The translations under genes were made by a program, and so were the position numbers. DNA of 64,000 nt from Selaginella moellendorffii. Taxonomy: Eukaryota; Plantae; Lycopodiophyta. Of the stretch, positions 1 through 12,027 are shown in pieces. Location of the stretch: NCBI RefSeq assembly GCF_000143415.4, contig NW_003314286.1:803460-867459 (forward strand), written 5' to 3'. Positions within the stretch are counted from its first letter, which is position 1; each line of letters starts with the position of its first letter. The notes under the pieces were generated by a model that worked only from the letters and a program-made list of their open reading frames with translations, did not search any database and was not told the DNA's origin.

Positions 1-2273
1 CATCGTCCCCCGCGAGCTGCCGGTGCGCGCTCATAGGCTTGAGCTGGATTCCAAATGTCGAGTGCCCGAGTTCCACGCAGTATCCTATGCGAACGGTTGA
101 AGGGACACCATCCACGGGTCAAGCTTTTCCTTTGCAACTGGACCGCTCGTCGTTTCTCATCGGTTTCAACGGTGCCGTTCGGCCACGTCTTGGGGTCAGC
201 GATTGGAAAACATTTGTCTGGAAGCCTATCATCTTCGTTAACGTCCGCATTTAAGGCTGTGTTGACGTGGCTCGTTAGAAAATCAAAGCCACACTGGTTT
301 TTTCCAGTTCCTCGTGAAGTTTTCCAGGCAGGAAAGCATTCTCTCGCCTGCGGAATGAATCGAGCTCATTAGTAGGGAAGTAAAGTACTAAGTTGGTGAA
401 GTTGCGAAGGTCCCGGCGCGAGCCGTTTTCTAGAGAAATTCCACGGGAATATTATGGAAGGACGAGCAAGCAACTGCGACAATTATCATACCTTTGAATC
501 CGGAAAGAGAGATCGATTCCAGTGGCCCCTGCTAGCGTCACTCACCAATACATAAGTGACGAGATTCTGGAGTTTTAGTCAACATTCGGATTCGCGGGAA
601 ACCATTTCTCTGACCAGCTCTCCCCTGTCTCGCTGTCCCGTTGAGACTTGTTCGCTTCCCCAAGACTGTCCGGAATAACATAAACAATGTTTGAGCCAAG
701 AGTAGAAAATGAAACCCACCTGGAATGCTCCTGGTTAAAATGTCTCGCTTTCGGTCAGCGTTCGTGTTCCGCTTCCTTACGTTTCCACGATTCTACAGAT
801 TCCGCCTCGAAAGTTGGTTTTTTCTTTTCTTACATTCCCGAGAAGCGGTGGAGGCCATCATCGCATGAGGACACGGACACTCTACAGGAAAGTTTTCAGC
901 TTTCCGTAGTGGCTCCCAGTAATTTCTTGTTGTCTGCTGCTACTAAAAACAAAATAGTTCTTACGATACGAGAAAAATGAAACTATTTCAAACAAACATG
1001 ATCTTACTCGAGGTTGGAGTTTGAGTACCGCCACCATGTAGTGTAATGTAACTTACATTCTGTGGTCATCATGGAAGCATATTTCCTTCGCTCTTTTACT
1101 CGAGCATGCCAAGCTTGTTTGTTCTTACAATCATTTCGAGACTCCTTTCACGTGGTTATAGTACCACTGCAGCCTCCTGGACGCCTCCCAGAGATATGAG
1201 ATATGTATCAATCCGAGCAGGTCAAATCGCTAAGAGTGTTGTTTACACATTCCTTGTCAATCAAACGCTACAGTTCAGTCTCTCATGAAGAAAAAAACGA
1301 AACATTTCAGAGACCTGTGCGGCGGTAGCAGACTGTGGCACGTTCAGAAGATCAGAGCTGCAAAACGAAGGTGCTAAAGCAAGGGTAGGGATCGAACCTG
1401 CGATGCCACCACTGATTCTGAAAGAGAACTTAAAAAACCAAAAAGAAAAGGAGAAAATAACTATCCTACGAGAGAAAAGAAACTCCCCTCTGGCACAAGA
1501 AGCACGCCTGTAGCTTCGCCCCTGCCAGGCACCCGCTGTAAAACAATCTGTGATCTGAAAAATAAGAACGAAACAAAAGAGACACGGTGAGCATAGGACC
1601 GGTTCTACTCTTAAACTGGCAAAAAGAAGATCAAGGCTTTACCGTGATACTGTGAAACCGCGTTGCATCCAGCTGCGTCCTGGCCATTACCAAGTGTAGT
1701 TTACTCCCGAGCTGCTAAAATGGCCCACAGCTGCACTCACTAAAGAAACCAGCTGGCCGTAGAGACGAGGAGAATTGGCGAATAACAATCTCCAAAGGCC
1801 GGCCGTATGGGGAACGTGGCTCTCACGTTCGTTCATTCTTCTCACACACTTGCCATGTTGTAACGAGCGTCGAGACTACTACCGTCTAGCTGCTGCTACA
1901 GTTTACTGGGGCCCCAAGTCGCCATAGAAGACTTCGGACTAGTCCCCGCCAGTATATATAAGTCCCAGAGGCAATCCACCGGAAGAGCAAGAAGGTTTCA
2001 GGGAGAAACACTTCCTTCTTCGTGGAGGAGGAGGAGAAGCCGGGACTAAAGAGCTTTCTTTTCAGGAATCTTCTGTTGTGTCTGAGACAGCGCTGGTAAG
2101 CTTCTGCTTCTTCAATTCCGCAATGTGTGTGCCTTGCCTGCGATGCAGAGCTCGCCTGTACTTGCTTGCTCTCGAACTGCTCGACAGCCTTCTGACGTTC
2201 TGTTCTTGATGTTTTTCCTTCTGTTCGTTTTTGCTTCTTCCAGCAGCAGGGAAAGAGAAGAGAGCCCGAGACC

Positions 2274-4615
2274 ATGGGGCCGCCCCGACGGACAAGAATG
2301 CCAATGGAGGCAACAGCAGCTCTGAGTTTGGTGGTGATCGCACTTGCGTTCGCTGCACAGGTCGAGGCGTCGCCTTACGAGTACAAGTCTCCACCCCCGC
2401 CTGTTTACGAGACTCCTGCTCCAGTCTACAAGTACAAATCTCCGCCCCCTCCACCACCGGTTTACAAGTACGCTTCTCCTCCCCCACCTGTTTATCACGC
2501 TCCTGCTCCTGTCTACAAATACAAATCCCCACCTCCGCCTGTCTACCACTACAGCTCCCCACCACCACCAGTNNNNNNNNNNNNNNNNNNNNNNNNNNNN
2601 NNNNNNNNNNNNNNNNNNNNNNNNNNNNNNNNNNNNNNNNNNNNNNNNNNNNNNNNNNNNNNNNNNNNNNNNNNNNNNNNNNNNNNNNNNNNNNNNNNNN
2701 NNNNNNNNNNNNNNNNNNNNNNNNNNNNNNNNNNNNNNNNNNNNNNNNNNNNNNNNNNNNNNNNNNNNNNNNNNNNNNNNNNNNNNNNNNNNNNNNNNNN
2801 NNNNNNNNNNNNNNNNNNNNNNNNNNNNNNNNNNNNNNNNNNNNNNNNNNNNNNNNNNNNNNNNNNNNNNNNNNNNNNNNNNNNNNNNNNNNNNNNNNNN
2901 NNNNNNNNNNNNNNNNNNNNNNNNNNNNNNNNNNNNNNNNNNNNNNNNNNNNNNNNNNNNNNNNNNNNNNNNNNNNNNNNNNNNNNNNNNNNNNNNNNNN
3001 NNNNNNNNNNNNNNNNNNNNNNNNNNNNNNNNNNNNNNNNNNNNNNNNNNNNNNNNNNNNNNNNNNNNNNNNNNNNNNNNNNNNNNNNNNNNNNNNNNNN
3101 NNNNNNNNNNNNNNNNNNNNNNNNNNNNNNNNNNNNNNNNNNNNNNNNNNNNNNNNNNNNNNNNNNNNNNNNNNNNNNNNNNNNNNNNNNNNNNNNNNNN
3201 NNNNNNNNNNNNNNNNNNNNNNNNNNNNNNNNNNNNNNNNNNNNNNNNNNNNNNNNNACTCCCCGCCGCCCCCGGTATACAAATATAAGTCACCTCCTCC
3301 CCCCGTCTACCACTACAGCTCGCCACCACCGCCGGTTTACAAGTACAAGTCGCCACCACCACCTGTGTACCATGCCCCGGCTCCTGTTTACAAGTACGAG
3401 TCGCCCCCCCCACCGGTTTACAAGTACAGCTCCCCTCCACCGCCGGTCTACAAATATAAGTCGCCACCACCTCCTGTGTACCACGCCCCGGCTCCTGTTT
3501 ACAAGTACAAGTCACCTCCTCCCCCCGTCTACCACTACAGCTCGCCACCACCGCCGGTTTACAAGTACAAGTCACCACCACCACCTGTGTACCACGCCCC
3601 GGCACCAGTTTACAAGTACAACTCGCCACCACCCCCAGTTTACAAGTACAGCTCGCCACCACCACCTGTTTACAAATACAAGTCGCCACCACCACCTGTG
3701 TACCACACCCCGGCTCCTGTTTACAAGTACGAGTCGCCTCCTCCGCCGGTGTACAAGTACAGCTCCCCGCCGCCACCGGTCTACAAATATAAGTCGCCAC
3801 CACCACCTGTGTACCACGTCCCAGCGCCGGTTTACAAGTACGAATCTCCTCCGCCACCGGTGTACAAGTACAGCTCTCCGCCACCACCAGTCTACAAGTA
3901 TAAGTCGCCACCACCACCTGTGTACCACGCCCCTGCTCCAGTCTACAAGTACAAATCTCCTCCGCCACCGGTGTACAAGTACAGCTCGCCACCACCACCG
4001 GTTTACAAATACAAGTCGCCTCCTCCACCTGTTTACCACGCCCCGGCTCCAGTCTACAAGTACAAATCCCCGCCACCACCGGTGTATCACTACAGCTCCC
4101 CGCCACCACCTGTTTACAAGTATAAGTCTCCACCGCCGCCTGTTTACCACGCTCCCGCCCCAGTCTACAAGTATAAGTCACCGCCGCCACCTGTTTACCA
4201 CTACAGCTCCCCACCACCCCCGGTTTACAAGTACAAATCTCCTCCTCCCCCTGTCTACCACGCTCCAGCACCGGTTTACAAGTATAAGTCTCCGCCGCCA
4301 CCGGTCTATCACTACAGCTCCCCGCCACCACCGGTGTACAAGTACAAGTCGCCACCACCGCCTGTGTACCACGCTCCAGCACCGGTTTACAAGTATAAGT
4401 CGCCTCCTCCACCTGTTTACCACTACAGCTCGCCACCACCGCCGGTCTACAAGTACAAATCCCCGCCACCTCCTGTGTACCACGCCCCGGCTCCAGTTTA
4501 CAAGTATAAGTCACCACCGCCTCCGGTCTACAAGTACCAATCCCCGCCTCCACCGGTGTACCATTCCCCAGCGCCGGTTTACAAGTACCAGTCTCCTCCT
4601 CCTCCTGTTTATTAG
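2274..4615 (+). CDS. Extensin (hydroxyproline-rich cell-wall glycoprotein), interrupted by an assembly gap at 2573-3257
   Basis: Signal peptide (ALSLVVIALAFAAQVEA) then SPPPPVYKYK / SPPPPVYHYS / SPPPPVYHAPAPVYKYK repeats (about 37-aa higher-order unit) with YxY and VYK cross-linking motifs; stop TAG 4613-4615. The frame differs across the N gap, so the gap length is inexact. Confidence 0.95.
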
Positions 4616-5089
4616 CTCGTCGCAAGCTAGAGGCACACGCATAAGGTGAGCAAAATCTCGTCGCTTACCAGGATCTCTGACGAACGTTTCTTTCTCGCTT
4701 TCTTTTCATTTTCTTTGATCCGATCCAGGTAGAAGATGACAACAAGTGCTGCAGGATTTTCCTTGAAATAAGGACACGCGTGGCTGCAGTGGAAACGGAG
4801 CTGCTGCACAGAAAAAGAGAGATGTGAGAACGCGAGTGTATATAGAAAACTGGACAAAAAGAAAACAAAGAAGCATCATCACAGGAGGCCATCCACGAAG
4901 TGTTCAGGGATTCTTTCGAGGGTTGGACGTTACCTTGGTTCATCCCGGTTTTTCATAAAATAAGCTCGACGAGGGCGCAATGTTTTTTTCTTCTTCTTCT
5001 TCTTCGTTGTTTACCTCTGATCGTTTGCTTGTTCTTCTAATGGACGCCTTTCCAGTTTGAACGATATATTCCTTCTGTAGCTTAGCTTT

Positions 5090-5290
5090 GTGATCGTCAA
5101 AGAAAAAATGCTCCTTGCCTGGAAAGATCGGTGATCACAGCCAAGCTTTTGTGTACGTCAAAGAAAAATCCTTCTGGAAAGATCGGTGATCGGAGCCAAT
5201 TTTTGTGTACCCGTGGATAGACATCAAGATAAAAATGCTCCTTGCCTGGAAATGAAAAAATGCTCCTCCTGGAAAGGTCGGTGATGCTCG
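5090..5290. repeat. Three to four imperfect ~55-60 bp tandem units
   Basis: Recurring tcaaagaaaaa(atgc)tcctt(gc)ctggaaagatcggtgat at about 5097, 5158, 5224 and 5254. Confidence 0.7.
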
Positions 5291-5582
5291 TCATTCATGC
5301 AAATCATCGAGTGCCCGCAGCGAAGCAAACTGGATCCTCGCGGCAAAATATTTCCAAATCCGGCGAGAAATCTTTCCATCGTCGCTTCCTCGCATCAAGA
5401 AAAACGCCAGAGATCATAGAATCACCTTTAAAACCTCCAGACGAATGGAAAATCTCCATCGCCAAGCCAGCGCCATCCCCTTCTTTCCGCCCTAGGGCTT
5501 TACTGAATATTCCCCAAATCTTTTCAAACAGTGGGATATGCTTCGAATAGGGCTCGAGCAAATAGGGTTTTGGCCGACGAGC

Positions 5583-5649
5583 ATTCCAGAAGCCTCTAGA
5601 CGTTCTGTTTCTCTCCAAATAGAACGTCGAAGAAACGCGACGTATATAA
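5583..5649 (+). promoter_or_regulatory. Heat-shock element cluster and TATA box of the sHSP gene
   Basis: Alternating nTTCn/nGAAn pentamers (aTTCcaGAAgcCTCtaGAC at 5583-5601; GAAcgTCGaaGAA at 5622-5634), then TATATAA at 5643-5649, about 50 bp before the ATG. Confidence 0.75.
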
Positions 5650-5694
5650 GCATTGTGGGTAGATTTCTTTGCGCATCCATCCACATCCAAGAAC

Positions 5695-6497
5695 ATGGCG
5701 ATCAGGGTTCTAGCGAAGAGCTTCCGCCCTTCCTCCTCCCTCGCGCCTCCCCGCGGCGCGATCTTCCAGCTCCTCCGCGCGAACTCCAATCAATCAGGAG
5801 CAGCGGCAGCGGCGACGCGGGACGCCACTGGAAATCCCCCCTCGGATGGAGGATCATCGGGCGTGGATCTCACCAAGGATGATAATCTCGGTGTCATAGA
5901 CAACGCGAGCATGGGGCGGAGGGGGAGAATCCGAGCGCCGGTGCCGCAGCTCCACCAGCCAGAAGGAATTTTCGGTGAGTAGATCTTTCCCCCCTTCCAA
6001 GAATCGAAATCTCTCCCCTCCTTCCAAGAATCTCACGATATGAGCCAGATCTTTGGAGCCCGTATGCGCCGTCGAGGAGCATGCGCCAGATGGTGGAGAC
6101 GATGAATCGCATCCTCGATCCAGGTTTCTTTCGTGGATTGGACAATGGGCTCTACATCGGGAGGATGCCGTGGGACATCGTCGATGGCAAGGATGCGTTC
6201 CACCTCCGGCTTGACATGCCGGGATTCAACAAGGAGGATGTCAAGGTCCACGTTGAGGACGACGAGCTGGTGATCAAGGCCGAGAGGAGCGGCAGTGGCA
6301 GCGCTGGCGGCGGCGGTGGCGACGAGCCGGGGAGTGTGTTTGATATCCAGAGATCTGTTAACACGCGCATGGCTCTTCCGCCGGAGGCTGCAAGGGACAA
6401 GATCAAAGCGGAGCTCAAGAACGGTGTTCTCACGATCGTGCTTCCAAAGGAGCAAGTTCCAGAAGAGAAGAAGCGCGTGGCTGTGGACGTAGCTTGA
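5695..6497 (+). CDS. Organellar (plastid/mitochondrial) small heat-shock protein, HSP20/alpha-crystallin; exons 5695-5974 and 6049-6497
   Basis: Transit-peptide-like N-terminus MAIRVLAKSFRPSSSLAPPR. A GT-AG intron at 5975-6048 keeps frame into DLWSPYAPSRSMRQMVETMNRIL. Alpha-crystallin motifs GRMPWDI, LRLDMPG and IKAELKNGVLTIVLPK. Confidence 0.93.
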
Positions 6498-7964
6498 GAG
6501 GAGATAGAGAAGAGAGATCTCACACACGTACATTTGTAAGTCTTTCACACTTTAGCTTCTATGCAAAGAGTTCTTTTCTTCACAGAGGTGGTGTTCTTTA
6601 GCTTGCCCTCTTTCCTAGTAGCTCTCGGAGGATTTGCGACGCTTGCTAGCCTCTTCAAACGCTGGGGCCGTGCTGCTACGATGGTCTCAGCGCCAAGCTT
6701 GTCTTCTTTGGGATTCTCCGAGTGATTTTCTCGTGGGCGATCCAGGATTTGCAGGGATCGTGAGCCCAGATGCAGGGCTCATATCCTACTGATCCTACGC
6801 CCACATGGTCGACCAGGGAAGAAACATAACGTCCGGGGTCTCCATTCCTGTGATTGGCAATGGCGATAATGGCTATGGAAATGTGATTAACATCAAGAAA
6901 ACTATCAAGGGTGACTAGGTATCTCTTGCTGAAAACTTGAGATTTCTGCAACACTACTCCAAGTCTTCCCAAGATGGTATGAAAAAAGAATCATATGATG
7001 TTCTTCATTGCTCTTGATTTGCTTGTGTGTTTCTCATGTTTGAAGGTGGTAGAAAGGTCAAAGGAACTAGAGTAGCTAAGGATTTAAATATAAAGAGAAA
7101 ATGTTTATGAATAAGAGTGCACCTTATTTTTTATAGTTTTGATTAAGTGTTTTTAGGTTTGAATAGTATTAAATTTGAGTAATCTTTCAAGAAGTTTAAA
7201 TTTAAAAGTTTACATTTAATATTAAAAAGGTAGGGGAATCACACCACATGTTAACCTAACTAAGCTTGATCCAAAAAGTAGGCAACCCTTCAATTGTTAT
7301 GGCAATTATTCATATTTTTTCTATTGAAACAACAAACAATAATCTCTATTTTTCTGCAAATAAGTTCTAGAAGCTCCAAAAAGCTTTTAATCCATTGAAA
7401 CAGTGAGCCATGGCTATATGACGTAACTAAAGACACTCAATTACACAAATATAAATAACAAGTGGTTAGCATATGACTCAAGTATAAATAAGTTTTGACT
7501 CAATTATGGAGCACATCCTATAGATAACAAAAGAATGAATGGGTTTTAACATTGCTTAATAGTACAATGGTGAAGCTGAAAAAGATATAAACTATGGTAA
7601 CATATATAATGTTTTTAAGGTTGTTTATTATAGAAAAAATTTTAACTAAGTAAAAATGGTCATCCAACTCTAAATAAATTGAAAAGGAACTAAAGGCTTT
7701 GCTAAGAATTTTTTTTTAAGATGACAATCTTGAAAAGGAAGAAAATAAAGAAGGCAATATTATAAAAGAGGTTGGTGGTATAGAAAAAGATGAGGGTCAA
7801 GAAGACAATACATTAAGGATTACAATTCCCCAAGTATAAAGAGTATTAAATATTTAGTTTAACTGTGTTTTTTCTAGAAGGATTCCTTTTTGACTATTCT
7901 TATCATCCTTTATTGAAGGCAAATAAAAATGCCTAAAAAGAGACCCAATCTTTAAATTACAATA

Positions 7965-10900
7965 TGTAAGCGACTAAATTTTCCATTCTACTTTAGTCAC
8001 TTAACGACACCTCTAACCACTTGGAGGAATCTCACTCACAACCTCCATAAATCCTATTCCAATCTTAAGACTTGCCAGGCTCGAGAATGACATGTATGCC
8101 ACTCGACCTTTACATTTGGTCTAAATGCTTCATATGTCCGATCTCATGACCGACACCCAAAGGTACTACTGACATATCGGCCCGTTACTCTAAGGCTATG
8201 CCCATTCACCTTTGTCACTCCGGTGGTCCAACACCATTTATATCACAGTCTTGTCTCTCAAAACTGGGCTATTCATTTGGGAGTGATCATCCCAGATCCA
8301 CTCCTTAGCATCCTTAGAATATCTATAGATGTGGGGAACAACCTTCCCCAATATTCTTTTTTTAGTCCCTATTAAATCCCTTTCTGTCCATGGCCGTGTC
8401 TGCCAACACTGCCACTAGGTCAAGACCAACAGACTTGACCACTAAGTCCCAATGTTTTCTAGGACTTCCTCACCATGTGACGATATCCTTGGTCACTACT
8501 CTACTTTCCATGGTCTGGAATTTTGGGACAACATTTCGAAACACCATAGCCTTACACGAGCCTCATGGGTACTCTCCCCACCTTGTGCGCTCTAGCTATG
8601 GGGCTAGAGAGAGGTTTCGTTGAGCCACACCAGATATCCAAAAAAGTAGTGCCACCCACACTTGGATTGGGAGCATCAACCATTTAATCTCTTAAAGGAA
8701 ATAGAGCTAATTTTTGAACACTTCACCAAACTACTCTGTTTGTTAGTTTGTATTCATTCTAGCCTTGGACTCTTTAATGGATATATCATCACCTAACAGG
8801 TGAGCATAACCTTCCTAGGTCACACTACCTTTTCCTGACCAAACTAGCTCCAATGGGTCCAACCCCACACTCACATGAACATCTGCTAACTTGACTTTAA
8901 GGCATAATACCTTGGCATATTTGGTGTTTCCACACTATCAACTCTACAAATCTACCCTTATTACACTTCCCATTTGTGTCTAGGTCTTTGCCAAGACTAA
9001 AGCAACCATTTCTCATACCAACTATTAGTTAGCATTGCAACATAGTGTTCACACACAACTTTGCGTTAAAGTTGTTTTCTTTCAGGAACACTTTTTTCAC
9101 GACTTTAGTATGGAATATTTTGCCATCAATAAAACATCTATTGTTCTCATACTTGGACTTTTTTATCTTCTCTATCCTTTATAAAGTACAACACATCTCG
9201 TTCCAAATGCTTCCACCAATTCTTTAGGATCATTCTTTGACTCTACTTGAGTTATTCAACTTTCTGGACTTTGCTAATTTGACAACCCATAAGGTCTTAG
9301 CCTCTTGGCTAGTTTTGAAGTGTCAGTTTACTAGAATACATCTCTTTGTATTCATGTCCTATTCATAAGGACCATTTTTGCAAGTGTTACTCCAACACTC
9401 GATTATGTTTGTTCCAGGTGAGCTACTTTTGCATCTTAGGAATATCTGTCCATATGATGAGAACACCAACTCATCCTCTAAGTACACCTCCAACTCCTTG
9501 GATTGTTCTAGCACTTATAAGAGGTAGCTCCAGCTACTATTTCAAGGACTTATGTCCTCATCCGTGTGACTCCTTTACTGTTTTGGAGTTTCTATTTTTT
9601 CTATGATCCCAACTATAGTTATTTACCACAACTACATTAGCTAGTTTGCTAAGTCAAATGCTCATCTATGTCACATCCTCAACTTTCTGAAAAAAACCTT
9701 ATATTGTTCCTAAGATCCTAAATTCGTTCCTTTATTAGTTCTTTTCTATCCACCATATTGCCTACAAATTCACACATGAACTGTAGTGGAAAGCCATGTC
9801 CTCCCAACCTGCTACTCCTCAAGGATAAACCCACTCTTAGTACTTTTCGATGCCAACATAAGTGGTGATATACTTGACCACCAATAAAAGTTAAACTAAG
9901 GAATAACTTTGATACTAAATTGTAAGTTACTAAACTTTTTATTCTACTTTAATCACTTAACCACACCTCTAACCACTTAGAGGAGTTTCACTCACAACCT
10001 CCATAAGTCCTATTCCAGTCTTGGGGCTTGCCAGCCCCGAGAATGGCATCTATACCACTAGACTTTTACATTTGGTCCAAGTGCTCTAAGTGTTTAATCC
10101 TATGACTGACACCCAAAAATACCATCGACATATCGGCCTATTACACTAAAACCATGCCTATTCACCTTTATCACTCCGATAGTCCAACACCACTTATATG
10201 ACAGTCCTATCTCTCAAAGACTATGCCATCCATTTGGGAGTGATCATCCTAAATCCACTCCTTAGCATCCTTAGGATGCCTGTAGATATGGGGAATAACT
10301 TTCCCCAATATTCCTTTTTCAGTCCCCATTAAGTCATTTTTTGTCCATGGCCNNNNNNNNNNNNNNNNNNNNNNNNNNNNNNNNNNNNNNNNNNNNNNNN
10401 NNNNNNNNNNNNNNNNNNNNNNNNNNNNNNNNNNNNNNNNNNNNNNNNNNNNTATCAGCTTCTTTGAACACGATTCTATGCTACACGCGTCCATATTTGC
10501 GCGAACCGTGCATTCCTTAGTGGATATGTCCTCACCCGACATATGGGCATAGCCTTTTTTAAAACAGACTAACCTTTCCTAGCTACATAGGCTCCAATAG
10601 AGTCCAACCCCCCAACACTCTCCCTACTATACTTTTGGAACCCACCCACCCACCCACCCCCGTGTAGAGGGCTTTCACTCAATAGCCTGTATTAGTATTT
10701 GGACTCGGATTCAGACTTAGACTCGGACTCGAACTCAAACTCAAACTCAGACTCAGACTCAGACTTGGACTCGGACTCAATCTCGGTCTCAGTCTTGGTC
10801 TCAGTCTTAGACTCCATCTTGGGTCCATCTCAAGTCCATCTCAGACTCCATCTCAGGTCCATTTTGCCATCTCAAACTCCATCTCAATCTCCATCTCAAA

Positions 10901-11352
10901 CTCCATCTCGGGTCTATCTCGGACTCCATCTTTGGACTCCATCTCGGGTCCATGTCGAACTCCATCTCAGACTCTATCTCAAATCCATCCTGGACTCCAT
11001 GCCATACTCCATCTTAGGTCCATCTCAGACTCCATCTCGGATCCATCTCAGACTCCATCTTAGATTCATCTTAAACTCCATCTTGGGCTCCATCTCAACA
11101 CTTCCACGTGTCATATGTTGGTCCTTTTGTGCTCCTTTTTTAGAGACTCATTTATTGCTTGCTTCATGCATGTTCCTTGAACACTTCATTAAAAGTTCCA
11201 CTCTTGTTCTCAACTTTTCAAGTCAGAGCTTTTAATCCAAAAGTGTTACATTTGTTTGGCTTTCACTTCAACCACTACCATGTGGCACCCTTTTGGCTCC
11301 ACTTAGGAAATAAAATTTTGGCTCCACTTGGAAACAATTCTTATGCCTTATG
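7965..11352 (-). mobile_element. Deleted LTR retrotransposon, family A: 5' LTR 9921-~11352, degenerate PBS, internal remnant 8871-9920, partial LTR 7965-~8870
   Basis: Both LTR pieces start TGTAAG..CTAAA..TT..ATTCTACTTTA.TCACTTAAC and align with the copies at 16819 and 17838. Positions 9907-9917 read TAGTATCAAAG on the minus strand, i.e. the tRNA-iMet PBS TGGTATCAGAG with two G>A changes. No convincing TSD. Confidence 0.7.
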
Positions 11353-12027
11353 AGATGCATAAATTTGTAAAATAACTTGCTCTAAATTGTTAATATTTTT
11401 CCTATTTCAGTCACTTTCTATAATTCCTCTAGTAAGACATATTATAATTAAAATCATTATAGATATAGATATGTACAATTGCTTATTATTGCTCCCTTCT
11501 TTTGATTTGGTTACCAAATCTCTTATTCGGACTGAATTCACCCCTTCATAGTATAACAAACTTGATTGGGGGCAATTGAACAAGTCCAAAGAAAATATAT
11601 GGTTTTTCATTTGAAAAAAGACGGGAGTGTATATTGCAAAAATATTTTTATAAATATTTATACTTAATGTCAAAATAATATTTATCTTTAAGACACAAAT
11701 CCCTAAGCCCCAAAGTAGAGCCAAAAGGGTGCTACATGGCACTAGTTGAAGCTGAAGTCTAACAAGCATAACATGTTTGAACCAAAAACTTTAACTCGGA
11801 AAGTTGAGAATAAAAGTCAAATTCCTAAAGAAATGCTAGAGGAACAAATATGAAATAATTAGTAAAAAAGTCTCTAAAAAAGGACACAAGAAGGACTAAT
11901 AAATGGCAAGTGTCATAACACGTGGAAGTGTTAGGACTGACTTTAAGATGCAAATTGAGATTGGGTTTGAGATGGAGTCCAAAACCAACATCGAAATTGA
12001 AACCGAGTCCAAATACTAATACAAGTT

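Noticed and set aside
1381-1402. tRNA T-loop-like GGTTCGATCCC on the minus strand
   Set aside because: No cloverleaf or A-box around it; better explained as a splice-donor context or chance.
2062-4625. Long antisense and alternative-frame ORFs over the extensin
   Set aside because: Shadow frames of the Pro/Tyr/Lys repeat, plus read-through of Ns.
6676-6972. 98-aa minus-strand ORF
   Set aside because: Non-ATG start and no recognisable motif.
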